This document shows positions 1 through 9,863 of a stretch of 64,000 bases of DNA, piece by piece. Within the stretch, counting starts at the first letter, position 1; every line of letters begins with the position of its first letter. The position numbers were made by a program, and so were the translations under genes. The notes beneath the pieces were generated by a model. That model was given only the letters and a program-made list of their open reading frames with translations, was not told the origin of the DNA and did no database searches. The DNA comes from Trueperaceae bacterium (GTDB lineage: Bacteria; Deinococcota; Deinococci; Deinococcales; Trueperaceae): NCBI GenBank assembly GCA_965214405.1, contig OZ243956.1, positions 3,776,001-3,840,000 of the forward strand, in the 5' to 3' direction.

Positions 1-715
1 TCCAGTTTGTCTGCATGAGTCTTACGCGTTCGGGCCAGTCCAGCCCCTCAAAACTGAGCAGTTCCTCGGCGTAGTCGGTAATCTTGAAGTGCCACTGCGG
101 CATCAGCCGCCGCTCGACCAGCGCGCCGCTCCGGTCGCCGCGCCCGTCAATCACCTGCTCGTTCGCCAGCACCGTCTTGTCCACCGGGTCCCAGTTGACG
201 AACGATTCCTTGCGGTAGGCCAGTCCCTTTTTGAACATCTGGATAAAGAACCATTGATTCCAGCGGTAGTAGTCGGGGTCGCAGGTGACAATCTCCTTGG
301 ACCAGTCGAACATCGCGCCCATCTGCTTGAACTGCGCTTCCATGTGCGCGATTTGGCTGTAAGTTAAAGCCGCCGGATGAACGCTCCGGCCCTCGTTCGC
401 GGCCTTGATGGCGGCGTTTTCGGCGGGCAGCCCAAAGGCGTCGAAGCCCATCGGATAGAAGACGTTGTACCCCCGCATCCGCTGAAACCTTGCAAAGGCG
501 TCGGGCACCGCGAAGGCGTACCAGTGCCCGACGTGCAGGTCGCCGGAGGGATAGGGGTACATGGTCAGGTGGTAATACTTGGGCTTGCTGGTGTCGTGCA
601 AGTCCGTTTCGTACAAACCGCTCTCCGCCCACTTTTTTTGCCATTCGGGCTCGAGCTCACTCGGGTTGTAACGTTCGGACTTATAAACAGGTTTGTCGGT
701 GACGGCGTCGGACAT
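1..715 (-). CDS. leuS: Leucyl-tRNA synthetase, N-terminal part (runs off window)
   Basis: Manual translation from ATG 715: [29 protein letters not shown]...[14 protein letters not shown] (HIGH-type)...[15 protein letters not shown]...[16 protein letters not shown] upstream. Confidence 0.97.
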   Translation of the reverse strand, partial: MSDAVTDKPVYKSERYNPSELEPEWQKKWAESGLYETDLHDTSKPKYYHLTMYPYPSGDLHVGHWYAFAVPDAFARFQRMRGYNVFYPMGFDAFGLPAENAAIKAANEGRSVHPAALTYSQIAHMEAQFKQMGAMFDWSKEIVTCDPDYYRWNQWFFIQMFKKGLAYRKESFVNWDPVDKTVLANEQVIDGRGDRSGALVERRLMPQWHFKITDYAEELLSFEGLDWPERVRLMQTNW

Positions 716-787
716 GGGTGTCTCCTTTTGAAAGGGGGTCGGCTTTTGACTTTATGCTAACAGGAAAAGGCCAGCCGCAAAGGGTCC

Positions 788-821
788 AAAAACAAAAATC
801 CCTGACCAAACGGGGTCAGGG
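788..821 (-). terminator. Intrinsic terminator of the leuS leader (attenuator)
   Basis: On - strand CCCTGACC-6 nt-GGTCAGGG followed by ATTTTTGTTTTT. Confidence 0.85.
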
Positions 822-850
822 CGACAAAGCAGAAGCGGCTTGGGGGGTCG

Positions 851-901
851 CTAGTGCTTCGGCCCTCCTGGGAGTAGTCGATGGGTGGACGGGTGAATCA
901 T
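851..901 (-). CDS. Putative leuS leader peptide MIHPSTHRLLPGGPKH
   Basis: 16-codon ORF between promoter and terminator with tandem Leu codons CTA CTC. Confidence 0.7.
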   Translation of the reverse strand: MIHPSTHRLLPGGPKH

Positions 902-910
902 CTTATGCCT

Positions 911-939
911 ATGGTAGACGGTAAAGCCAACTCTGTCAA
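911..939 (-). promoter_or_regulatory. Sigma70-type promoter for leuS leader
   Basis: TTGACA-17 bp-TACCAT on - strand. Confidence 0.8.
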
Positions 940-1679
940 TAATCAAGTTTATTCTGCTTCCTCCGCATATTCATCCAAAACGCTGTCCGAAAGGTGAGAA
1001 AGGTGCTTCTCTTTCGCAAGCTCTCTAACGCTTTCGTAAGAGAGGTAGGTGCAACTTTCTGAGAGAGGACCCTTTTCAAGAAGTGAAAAGACGGGGCGGC
1101 GCAACTCCTGAAAAACTTTCTCACGCCTGGAAGAGGGAGCTACTATGTTCAGCTTTATGTCCATGTTTGGCTGCAAGGCGAGCAGGTCAGCCATTCGCAA
1201 AATGCCAGAGTACACAGAAGTTGTGTGTTCTACTTCAAAGGCTCTGACGATTGCGCGCCCCCGAAGCCACAGCACGTCAATCTGTTCTATCGTTTTCAGA
1301 GTGGTGTCATCATAATTTAGCGGTAGATAGTCAATGACCGGACGGTTGTCGCGCTTCCACTCTCCCAAAACGGCTCCCCTGTCACTTCTGGGTAACCAAA
1401 TCTTCATCCCCATTTCAGCACCAATTCGAGCCAGCAGTGCTTGTATCTTGATTGACTCTCTTACCTCCTGCCGGATTTTTGGCGAGACTTCTGTTTCGCC
1501 TTCGTCTTCCTCTGGAACGGACACCGTCACCAATTTGTCGGCAGCCCGTACTTTATGGGTTGTAAGTTTGGCATAGTCTTTTTCATCTAATGGAAAGTTC
1601 TCACCAATATTAGCCTGACGCAAAATTAAGGTCTCAAGAAATTGTCCATCAGAATCTTCAAACTGGTTGAGGCTGCTCC

Positions 1680-2729
1680 CTAAGTACACGACAAAAGCCG
1701 AAAACAGCGGTCCAGGTCAGGCTTTTTGGTTGCCGAGTTGGTGAGCAGATGCCTGAGATGGTCTAAGCCTGCCCGGAATAAAGACTTCTGCTTGCGCCCG
1801 TGCGACTTCATTCGAACAGGTTTGAGCTGACGGTGAACAAATGCTCCGACTTTCAAGGCCCATAAGAAAGCCAGGGTCACAACGACAAGTAAGGTGTTAA
1901 TGCGCTCTAGGTGCTTGAGATGCGTAGCTTCAAAGTCAAAGCCGCTGCTTTTCAAGGCTTTGAACAAGCATTCTATCTGCCAGCGCTTCGCGTAGCTTGC
2001 GAGGGCCTGCTTAGGATTGCGGTTGGTGACGACGATGATGTATTCTCCACCCTCTAAACGCGCGCCTGCAACCCCAAGCTCAACACCAAAGACAGTGTAG
2101 CGCTGTTTAAGTACCTTGTGCTCACCCACAGGTAGATGCTGGAAAAAGCCGAACAGATGAAACCAGCCATCACCGAGAGCGTCTTTACGCACGCGGATAA
2201 CGAAAGGGATGTGCTTACGCTCAAGATAAGCGAACCAGTCGCCCCCGATGAACTCCCTATCGGCTAGCAGCACCTCTAGCTGGTCTACGGGCAAAAGTTT
2301 TAGCAAACGCTCCAAAAGCGTAATGCGTTCTTGCGTGGCGGAGTTGCCAGCCTTGGGCAAAAGACACCACAGTAAGGGAACCGCTACGCCCTCATGCGCA
2401 TAAGCCAGGGTCAAGATGTTGATGTCGAGTTTGCCAAACTTCCAGTTCGTCCGGTCTAGGCACAGGCTGTAGCTTCGCTTGGGACCTAGACTCAGCGCGT
2501 ACCTGAAAACTGTCTCATCGGCCAAGTGCAAGCCTTGGAAAAACCGTTGCGCCCGTCTGTAAAGCGAGTCCGGCTGGGCTCTGCCCTCCATCATGCCTAC
2601 CAACGTCGCCAAGTTCACCGTCTTTGCCTGCACCATCGCGATCATCAACAAGCTCAAGAACTTAAGCCGTGACGGGTGCAGCTTTAAGCCGCTCGCTTTC
2701 AACTGTGCCAGCAACCCGGTATGCTTCAT
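1680..2729 (-). CDS. IS4-family DDE transposase
   Basis: DRTNW, ADREF and YAKRWQIECLFKALKS (YREK) motifs; start at MKHTG after a GGAG SD (alternative 2765). Confidence 0.93.
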   Translation of the reverse strand: MKHTGLLAQLKASGLKLHPSRLKFLSLLMIAMVQAKTVNLATLVGMMEGRAQPDSLYRRAQRFFQGLHLADETVFRYALSLGPKRSYSLCLDRTNWKFGKLDINILTLAYAHEGVAVPLLWCLLPKAGNSATQERITLLERLLKLLPVDQLEVLLADREFIGGDWFAYLERKHIPFVIRVRKDALGDGWFHLFGFFQHLPVGEHKVLKQRYTVFGVELGVAGARLEGGEYIIVVTNRNPKQALASYAKRWQIECLFKALKSSGFDFEATHLKHLERINTLLVVVTLAFLWALKVGAFVHRQLKPVRMKSHGRKQKSLFRAGLDHLRHLLTNSATKKPDLDRCFRLLSCT

Positions 2730-2809
2730 ATGCTCTCCCTTGAAGTGGTGTCTCGCAACATCCATTCTTCACTGGAGAGCCCTTTATTTCAAATCTGTCG
2801 TGTACTGAG
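1680..2809 (-). mobile_element. IS4-family insertion sequence, copy 1 (1130 bp)
   Basis: 14-bp IRs CTAAGTACACGACA / TGTCGTGTACTGAG (1 mismatch); 9-bp TSD GGCTGCTCC at 1671-1679 and 2810-2818. Confidence 0.95.
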
Positions 2810-3276
2810 GGCTGCTCCTTATTTTCCCCGTCCAGTTAGAAGAGTTTTGGTTGTACCCTTTGGTGAAAGATAGCGTGCTCCAAACTTCTTCATTATGAAC
2901 AGGTATGGCTTTTTCCTTTTCAAGCCAAGCGACGGGATTCACGGTAAAGCGAATAACGAACGGGTCGTCTTTATCCTGAAAAATTGGAGAGTCGTCTTGA
3001 AAATAAGTATCTGTAATCTCGAGAATCCCGACCCACCGAGACAGTTTAGTTATGTAGCACACAAGTTTATCTCCCGGCTTAACGCGTTTTGCGGCATTTT
3101 CTTGCCTCTTACGAAAGCCTGTAGTGTCGCGGCTGGAGGTAGAAAAGGCTTCATACGTTTCTGGAGAAAACAAAGAGAGAAAGTACGCCATGCTGTAGAA
3201 AAAGCTTACCATCAAGCTGACAGCATTGTGGTCGAGTTAATCTTTCAACATCTAAGGTGTGTCTGACTTTCGAGCC

Positions 3277-3873
3277 TCACCAAATCTCCTCCAGCTCGAG
3301 CACAAACCCCTCTAACACCCCTATTCCCTCGACCCTTTCGGGTTGCTCGAGTTCTTCCACCCCTTCAGACGTATAGATATAAACGCGCCTCTCCTGCGGG
3401 TCTATGAGCCACCCAAGCTCTGCGCCGTTCTCCATATACTCCTGCATCTTCTCCCTAACGACTTCCAAGCGGTCAGTCGGGGAGCGAAGCTCTAAAACGA
3501 ACTCAGGGCAAAGGGGTAAGAATTTGTCCATCTGTGCTTGAGTGAGTTCCGCCAACCTCTCCTTACTCACCCATGACACATCGGGCGAGCGAATCGCGCC
3601 GTTGGGTAGGCGAAAGCCGCCGGATGACTCGAGCACTTCGCCCCGACCCTCGTCTTCCGCCCATTGACCTAGCCTCCTTGTAAGCCTGGCGTTGCGGATG
3701 CTCGTATTTCCTCCGGTGGGCGGCATGACGATAAGGTCTCCTTCAGCGTTTAGCTCCATGCGGAGGTCTTTGTTAAGTTGGGCAAGGTGAAAGAAGGTCT
3801 CGGCGCTTAGATCGAGCGCCGGGTTGAGGCGCATGACGAGCGGTTGGGTTGAGCGTTCTTTAACTACATCCAT
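3277..3873 (-). CDS. Uma2-family endonuclease-like protein
   Basis: MELNAEGDLIVMPP, SPDVSWV, PEFVLELRSPTD, KMQEYMENGAELGWLIDP; GGAGG SD. Confidence 0.92.
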   Translation of the reverse strand: MDVVKERSTQPLVMRLNPALDLSAETFFHLAQLNKDLRMELNAEGDLIVMPPTGGNTSIRNARLTRRLGQWAEDEGRGEVLESSGGFRLPNGAIRSPDVSWVSKERLAELTQAQMDKFLPLCPEFVLELRSPTDRLEVVREKMQEYMENGAELGWLIDPQERRVYIYTSEGVEELEQPERVEGIGVLEGFVLELEEIW

Positions 3874-3896
3874 GACTTCCTCCAGAGGCTCGAGCC

Positions 3897-4496
3897 TCAC
3901 CAAATCTCGTTTAGCTCGAGCACGAAACCCGCCAACACCCCTGTTCCCTCGACTTTTTCAGGCTGCTCGAGTTCTTCTATCCCTTCGGGCGTATAGATGT
4001 AAACGCGCCCTTCCTGCGGGTCTATAAGCCAACCAAGTTCCGCACCGTTGTCCATGTACTCCTGCATCTTCTCTTTAACGACTTTTAAGCGGTCGGTGGG
4101 GGAGCGGAGTTCTAAAACAAACTCAGGGCAAAGCGGGGGAAACTTGTCCATCTGTGCGTTCGTTAGTTCGTCCAATCTTTGCTTGCTCACCCACGACACA
4201 TCGGGAGAGCGAACCGCGCCGCTGGGTAAACGAAAACCCGTAGAGGAATCGAACACTTTACCCTGCCTCTCCTGGCGGTTCCACAAAGCGAACTGAAAGG
4301 TGAGTTCTGCGTTGCGGTTTCCCGTGTTTCCTCCAGCAGGCGGCATGACGATAAGGTCCCCTTCGGCGCTGAGCTCTAAACGGAGGTCTCGGTTGAGTTG
4401 GGAGAGGTGGAAGAACGTGTCGGCGTCGAGCTCGAGCACCGGCTTCAAGCGCATCACGAGCGGTTGCAGGGTGGTTGGGCGTTCCTTGACTTGCAT
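3897..4496 (-). CDS. Uma2-family endonuclease-like protein (tandem paralog)
   Basis: Same motifs as neighbour; GGAGG SD before MQVKER. Confidence 0.92.
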   Translation of the reverse strand: MQVKERPTTLQPLVMRLKPVLELDADTFFHLSQLNRDLRLELSAEGDLIVMPPAGGNTGNRNAELTFQFALWNRQERQGKVFDSSTGFRLPSGAVRSPDVSWVSKQRLDELTNAQMDKFPPLCPEFVLELRSPTDRLKVVKEKMQEYMDNGAELGWLIDPQEGRVYIYTPEGIEELEQPEKVEGTGVLAGFVLELNEIW

Positions 4497-4610
4497 AACT
4501 AACCTCCGCATGAAAGATTTCCGATCGCCTTGGCATTGTACCAGTGACAGAAAATAGTTGAGGATGTTTTTTGGATGCGTGGGCTCGAGCGCCAACACGC
4601 CTCACCCAAT

Positions 4611-5876
4611 TCAAGCACCTCGAGGCCTGCTCATTGCCTCAACATCGTTTAGAAGGATGGCCGCGGCCTTTTCGCCGCTCTCCATCGCGCCCTGAATGGA
4701 ACTCAGGCTGGTGGTCTCGGAGGCGATAAGAACGTTTTTGATTGGCGTGGCGTGCCCCGCAAGCGTGGCGCTAAAGCCGGGCGGCTGGGCGAACTGCGCG
4801 AACGTCAAGCGGTCGATATGAAGTAGGCGGAGCTCGGCAACCGCGGGCGCGCCGTACCAATGGGTGAGTTCTTCACGAACTGTGCGGTTTAAGTCCGCGT
4901 CATCAAGTGTAGGCAAACCGAGCACGGTCACGGCGAGCAGGTGCGCCCCGGCGGGCGCGAGGGCGGGGTTGGCGTTGCTCGCCCAGATGGCGTTGTTGAC
5001 GAATCCCTCTTTCGCGTTGAGCAGGAGCCGCGGTTCGTCGTCCAGGAGAACGCTGGACGAGTAGTACAAGTACGTGCTGCTCACCGCCCGGTGCGGCACA
5101 TCAGCACCCGTGAGGCGGCGAATTGTAAGCGGGTCCGCCGCCACGATCACCCGGTCAGCTTCTAAAGTCCCGCCGCTCGTGTGGAGGGTGACGCCGTGGG
5201 TGGTGGGCTCGAGCCGCTCAACACGCGTACCGGTTTGAACATCCAACCCTTCCGCCAGTTGCCTCGTGATCTCGCCCATCCCGCCCCGCGGCGTGGTGGT
5301 CGCGCCGTCCATGAGCATCCGAAAATAGTAGCGGAAGAGCCGCGCGCTGGTCGAAAGGTCGCGCTGGAGAAAGATGCCGCCGAAAAAGGGAGCGAAAAAG
5401 TGCTCGATGGCTCTCTCTGAAAATCCAGAGTTCTGCAAAAAACTTTTAGTAGTTTCGTCCGGCCCATCAAGGAGCGCGTGCGGCTCGCCCCTTTTAAGTC
5501 CCGCCGCCAGCTTGCCGACGAGAAGCTTGTCGCGCAGGCTGAGAGAGCGGGCGCTCAGCGTGCTCAAAAAACTCTGCGGGTCGCGCAGGGGGTCGCCCAC
5601 TCTTTCTCTGTGACCGTCCCGGCAGATGACGGCGCCGGGGGGGATGGGCTGAAGCTCGAGTCTCCCAAAGTCAAGCTGACGTTGGGCCGCTGGGTAGGCG
5701 GTAAAGAGCACCTGGAAACCGCGGTCAATCGTGAAGCCCTGTATATGCCGCGAGCGCACGCGCCCGCCGACGTTGCTTTCGGCCTCGAGCACCCGCACCC
5801 CAACCCCCGCCCGCTTCAGCACCCGCGCCGCCGTAAGGCCCGTGAGGCCCGCGCCAACCACCATAACCGAATCCAT
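4611..5876 (-). CDS. FAD-dependent oxidoreductase (amine oxidase/phytoene desaturase-like)
   Basis: VVGAGLTGL, GGRVRS, DRGFQVL, SIQGAMESG. Confidence 0.88.
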   Translation of the reverse strand: MDSVMVVGAGLTGLTAARVLKRAGVGVRVLEAESNVGGRVRSRHIQGFTIDRGFQVLFTAYPAAQRQLDFGRLELQPIPPGAVICRDGHRERVGDPLRDPQSFLSTLSARSLSLRDKLLVGKLAAGLKRGEPHALLDGPDETTKSFLQNSGFSERAIEHFFAPFFGGIFLQRDLSTSARLFRYYFRMLMDGATTTPRGGMGEITRQLAEGLDVQTGTRVERLEPTTHGVTLHTSGGTLEADRVIVAADPLTIRRLTGADVPHRAVSSTYLYYSSSVLLDDEPRLLLNAKEGFVNNAIWASNANPALAPAGAHLLAVTVLGLPTLDDADLNRTVREELTHWYGAPAVAELRLLHIDRLTFAQFAQPPGFSATLAGHATPIKNVLIASETTSLSSIQGAMESGEKAAAILLNDVEAMSRPRGA

Positions 5877-5910
5877 ATCCTAAGCTTAACGGGCGGCGTC
5901 GCGTTTTACC

Positions 5911-5939
5911 TTGACACGGGCTCCAAAAGCTCATATCAT
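5911..5939 (+). promoter_or_regulatory. Promoter of tRNA-Ala
   Basis: TTGACA-17 bp-TATCAT. Confidence 0.8.
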
Positions 5940-5949
5940 CGTCTTGCTT

Positions 5950-6025
5950 GGGGCCTTAGCTCAGTTGGGAGAGCACCTGCTTTGCAAGCAGGGGGTCATC
6001 AGTTCGAGTCTGATAGGCTCCACCA
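5950..6025 (+). tRNA. tRNA-Ala(TGC)
   Basis: 76-nt cloverleaf GGGGCC...CTCCACCA, anticodon TGC, TTCGA T-loop. Confidence 0.97.
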
Positions 6026-6033
6026 TGAGAAAG
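5981..6033 (+). repeat. attL core (53 bp)
   Basis: Identical to 17342-17394. Confidence 0.95.
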
Positions 6034-6054
6034 AGCGTGCAGGACGCGAGAAAG

Positions 6055-6088
6055 GAAGCACCCCGGTGAAAGGGTGCTTCTCTTTTTT
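6055..6088 (+). terminator. Terminator after tRNA-Ala (supplied by the element)
   Basis: GAAGCACCC-8 nt-GGGTGCTTC-TCTTTTTT. Confidence 0.85.
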
Positions 6089-6093
6089 GGCCT

Positions 6094-6116
6094 TTTGACG
6101 ACCAATTGACGACCAC
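6094..6116 (+). repeat. Putative integrase arm-type sites, left
   Basis: TTTGACGACCAATTGACGACCAC, identical to 17217-17239. Confidence 0.75.
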
Positions 6117-6122
6117 CAGTTT

Positions 6123-7022
6123 TTAGTTGAGTTTATCGCCGGGGGTGCTCGAGCCCAACGCCTGACTGAGATTTATCCCGGCCTCTACGCGGTCTTCTTC
6201 AAAAAGGTGTGTGTAAAGGCGCATGGTAAACGCGGGGTCGGTGTGGCCTATCTGGTCGGCTATGAGTTTGGGGTCTTGTCCCTGCTTACGTCTTATAGAC
6301 ACGTTCAGGTGCCGGAGGTCGTGCAGCGTCGCGTGTCTGACGCCCGCCTCATCCTCTAGGCGGTGGCGTAGCCGCGTCACGTTGCGGGGTATAAGTTTTG
6401 TGCCTACCTCGGAAGTAAAGATAAGCTCTTTTTCAGGCCACAGCGCGCCCGTCTTGGCTTTTTCGGCGTCCTGTCTTTGGCGATGGTGCTCAAGCACCTC
6501 GGTAACGTCTAAGGACAGCCCGACACGTCTAACGCCCTTCGCGGTCTTAGACTCCCTCACAAACAACGCGCCGCCCTTTAGGTCATCCCAGCGGAGGCGT
6601 AAGAGTTCGTTATGTCTAAGCCCGGTCGCCATAGCCACATGAAAGAGTGCGTACAGCCGATGAGGGCGCGCGGTGTCTAAGAACTGCACCGCCTCTTCTG
6701 AGGTCCATATGACCATCTCTCGCCTTTTTTCCTTGACGGTATCCACCGCCTCCACCGGGTTGTGCGGGATAATCTGCCAGCGCACAGCTTGTTTCATGGC
6801 TGTGTGAAGTCTGCTGCGGCACTGGTTGGCCGTTCGTGCGCCCGAAGTCTTGGCGACATCCGAAACGAGCGCCTGAATTTTGAGCGGGGTTAGTTTCGCT
6901 AGCTTGTCGCGGCCTATGCGGGGCACGATGTACTTTTCAACCGTGTAACGGTAATCCTTTATGGTCCGCGTCTTGAGACCCCCTTCACGCTCATCTAACC
7001 AGCGCTCGAGGTACGCCTTCAC
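6123..7022 (-). CDS. Tyrosine integrase, probably N-terminally truncated
   Basis: TGLRHNEL, KT, LHDLRH, IGHTDPAFTMRLY catalytic motifs; begins directly at (TV)KAYLERWL. Confidence 0.88.
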   Translation of the reverse strand: MKAYLERWLDEREGGLKTRTIKDYRYTVEKYIVPRIGRDKLAKLTPLKIQALVSDVAKTSGARTANQCRSRLHTAMKQAVRWQIIPHNPVEAVDTVKEKRREMVIWTSEEAVQFLDTARPHRLYALFHVAMATGLRHNELLRLRWDDLKGGALFVRESKTAKGVRRVGLSLDVTEVLEHHRQRQDAEKAKTGALWPEKELIFTSEVGTKLIPRNVTRLRHRLEDEAGVRHATLHDLRHLNVSIRRKQGQDPKLIADQIGHTDPAFTMRLYTHLFEEDRVEAGINLSQALGSSTPGDKLN

Positions 7023-7924
7023 GGTACGGGTACAGCCCAGTGTCGCCCTTTACTCGTTGGATTTATATCTTTCCAAGGTTCTCCTGAATCGCCACGTCGC
7101 GTACCCGCTGCGGTTAGGTCCGAAACCCTGAATTTACCCTTTTCATCCTCATACCGATAAAAGTTTTCGATATAACTTTGGTCATAAGGAACGTGCTGCA
7201 CATGGAAGGTAAAATCTTCACTCTTAGAGTAAAGGAAAATAACATCGTGAATGTGATTGTAGGAATGTGAATCACTCCGTGCAGAGGTTCGCTTCCAGAT
7301 AATTTCGTTTCTAAATGAATCTACTCCAAATACCTCATCAAGAATTGCTTTTGCATAATGTCCAACGTTCCAATCCAAATGAACATAGATTGAACCATCT
7401 TCCGCTAGTAGTTCTCTAAGCATTACTGCCGTTTCATAAAACCACTGCAAAAAGCTGTCTAGCCCACGCCCCCACGTATCCCTATACGCCTTCTGCTCCA
7501 AAATGCTCGGCTGCTTGACAAACGTCGTGCTTTGGTCGCCTTCGGTGTTCGGGTCGTCCGGCACCGTCGCGGTAAAGGAGAAGTCCGCCCCGGTTGCAAA
7601 GGGCGGGTCAATGTAAATCAGGTTCACCTCGCCCGCGAACTCGTCCAAGAGGCTCGGCAGCACGTACTTTTTGTCTCCCCAGATAAGGCGGTTGCGCCAC
7701 TCGGTATCGCGGCCCGCCGTAAAGAAGTCGAGCATCCGCTGGCGTTCTTGGACGCTCTCGTTCACCGTCTCGATGGTCTGAAAGGGGAGCGCGATTTTTA
7801 CGGGGGCTACCCGCTTGCCGTCTTTGTATTTGCCGTCCCAGATGAGTTCCATGTCAAAGTCCTCTATATCACGCTCGAGGGTTGTGTGCTCGGTGAGCTT
7901 TGTGTCCCCAAGTTTAACCCGCAC
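7019..7924 (-). pseudogene. Site-specific adenine DNA methyltransferase (Mod-like), 3'-truncated
   Basis: LIWGD, LIYIDPPF, GSIYVHLDW, FRNEIIW present; no FxGxG SAM-binding motif before the stop. Confidence 0.8.
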
Positions 7925-8062
7925 CAGGAGAGGTAGAGGGGGATGTGGGAAAGCTCACGCGGGGGCGGGGCTCCTCTAATCCCTTCCTATCTGTCTGGTT
8001 ATAAGGTTTGAGCTTTGTTTAAACGCCCTAATCGCTTTGATATCCAGCCGCTGTAGAGTGTA

Positions 8063-8791
8063 TTAAGCCGCAACTTTGCTTCTTAACCATTCATGAATAG
8101 TCGCGTATGTAACGGTATCTATCTGTAGGTCGAAGTCGGGAGTTAATAAACTCAAAAACCGCTCGTAAGGGTTTTCAACTACGGCTAAAGTTCCGAAACC
8201 TACAAAAGAAGTGACGTTTCTATGGCGTTGCACTTTGTCCTTTAACTCATTCATCTCCCTTATTTTACTTACAATTTTTTTGTTACCTAAAGTGTTGAAA
8301 TGTTTCTTCACTTCCATAAATTCTCCGCAAGATTCACTTTCCATCCAAACGATGGCATCAATCGGTTTGTTCATGGTTAGTGATATTTCGCTGGGCAGGA
8401 GCGTGACTTTATGCTCTCGGTAGAACACCGCTTCTGAAGTATCTTGATACTTCCTTTCGAGAAGCTGTGCAAGTACGCACTCTACAGTCGCTCCAAGAGC
8501 CTTAAACCACTCTTCGTTGGACGTATGTCTATCGTGTTCATACCTTAGCAGTTCAAAAAATTCTTTCGCTTCGCTTTCATCGTCTGGAGAATCAACAATA
8601 TCCTCAAAAACTGTCTTTAACTCGCTGTAAAACTCATAGCCGTGGTGAACTCGCGGTTCTAAAAGAAGCGCAAAGTCAAGCAGCCGTTCCGACTCATTGT
8701 CTATAAGCTGAATCAACCTTTCGACGAGTGAAAGAATTGGCTCGCAATCCGCAGCATCATCTAATTGCGCTGAAAACTCCATTACCGGCAT
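8063..8791 (-). CDS. Hypothetical protein, possible PD-(D/E)XK nuclease
   Basis: E...KPIDAIVW...EFMEVKK motif; low GC; TGATG overlap with upstream gene. Confidence 0.6.
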   Translation of the reverse strand: MPVMEFSAQLDDAADCEPILSLVERLIQLIDNESERLLDFALLLEPRVHHGYEFYSELKTVFEDIVDSPDDESEAKEFFELLRYEHDRHTSNEEWFKALGATVECVLAQLLERKYQDTSEAVFYREHKVTLLPSEISLTMNKPIDAIVWMESESCGEFMEVKKHFNTLGNKKIVSKIREMNELKDKVQRHRNVTSFVGFGTLAVVENPYERFLSLLTPDFDLQIDTVTYATIHEWLRSKVAA

Positions 8792-9324
8792 CAGTTTGTT
8801 TCGTTTGGAACCTTCCCGGTATCGCGGGGCTCAGGTAGATTTTCAGCCGTGCCTGCTGGAACTTGGACGAGTGGTATATGAAAAGGTGGCAAACCCAGCT
8901 TAGTAACAAGGTCCGCTATAGAAGCTCTCACGTAGGGCCACATAACAATGGCAGGGGCTCGCCCGTTTGCAAACTCTGTCAACGCGCTTCTTTTATCTTC
9001 AACGTCTATGATAACGTCAAAAACTGCGACAGCAGTCAATCTCAATTTCACAGCAGGAAGTGGCTTTTCAACCGCCGTATCACCTTCTTCTCCTTCAGAA
9101 TTTTCATCTTCTCCATCATCCGAAAAATGCTGCTCGGACTTCAAACGAAGCGTCACCAGAAGCTTTTCATCTTCAATAAAGGTTGTGTCTATTTCTACAT
9201 CTAATTCCGGAAATCTGAGCAGACTTTCGTCTCGTATAATCCCTTCATCAAGCTCAACATCTATTTTGGGGAACCAGATTTGAATCAGTTGAATGGGGTG
9301 TATCTCAAAGGCTAGCTTGGGCAT
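8791..9324 (-). CDS. SecB-like chaperone
   Basis: Acidic protein; LRLTAVAVF and APAIVMWPYVRASIADLVTKLGLPPFHIPLV match the SecB signature. Confidence 0.82.
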   Translation of the reverse strand: MPKLAFEIHPIQLIQIWFPKIDVELDEGIIRDESLLRFPELDVEIDTTFIEDEKLLVTLRLKSEQHFSDDGEDENSEGEEGDTAVEKPLPAVKLRLTAVAVFDVIIDVEDKRSALTEFANGRAPAIVMWPYVRASIADLVTKLGLPPFHIPLVQVPAGTAENLPEPRDTGKVPNETN

Positions 9325-9863
9325 GATATACAGTTAAATACCCCGGTTGAAGATGCCGGGGTATCTTTCCATCTGCCTTTTTTGTTTCCTGGCAGACTGC
9401 GTGGTGGTGGGTTAACCTTGAAAGAGGCAAAATTTCCAGTAGGCACATCAGCATCAACAAGATTCCGCACCTCGAGCCTCTCAAGAAGTATCTTACTGGC
9501 GCTAGCCAACCAGTTAGCATAGGAAAGCTCGCCCTCTCTCCTCGCCCGCTCTAATGCTCTATAGGAACTGTCGATTGCGTTGATGAGCCTGCGGTGCGAG
9601 CGCTCAGAATCAACACTTAGCTGATTCGACTTTTCTTCGAGGCGGTTTAGGTAAACGTGGGCACTTTCTTTTATTGCCCTCCAATAACTAGATGCGGCGG
9701 CACTCTCAAAACTTGCCGCTCCTACCAACTCACGGAGTTTAGAAACAAACTCCCGCATCTCGTTGCGGGCAACCTCGTTATAGACGTAGTGGAGCACTGC
9801 TACACTAGGCATGGGCTCAATCCATTTCTTAGTACATTTTTCCTGTACAAACTCACAGGGCAT
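9312..9863 (-). CDS. Hypothetical protein upstream of SecB-like gene (candidate antitoxin/client)
   Basis: 183-aa ORF with GAGGGG SD, overlapping the SecB-like start; helical body with unstructured tail. Confidence 0.6.
   Translation of the reverse strand: MPCEFVQEKCTKKWIEPMPSVAVLHYVYNEVARNEMREFVSKLRELVGAASFESAAASSYWRAIKESAHVYLNRLEEKSNQLSVDSERSHRRLINAIDSSYRALERARREGELSYANWLASASKILLERLEVRNLVDADVPTGNFASFKVNPPPRSLPGNKKGRWKDTPASSTGVFNCISCPS

Larger units (their letters stand above)
949..3191 (-). pseudogene. EVE-domain + PD-(D/E)XK-like nuclease protein, interrupted by IS4
   Basis: Removing the IS and one 9-bp TSD rejoins ...GKIRSS|LNQFEDSDG... in frame (367 aa). N-term MAYFLSLFSPETY...VKPGDKLVCY is EVE-like; C-term has IDVLW...AFEVEHTT. 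Confidence 0.75.

Noticed and set aside
720..940. T-box riboswitch for leuS
   Set aside because: No T-box consensus (GGTGGNACC) and too short for stem I; the leader-peptide model fits better
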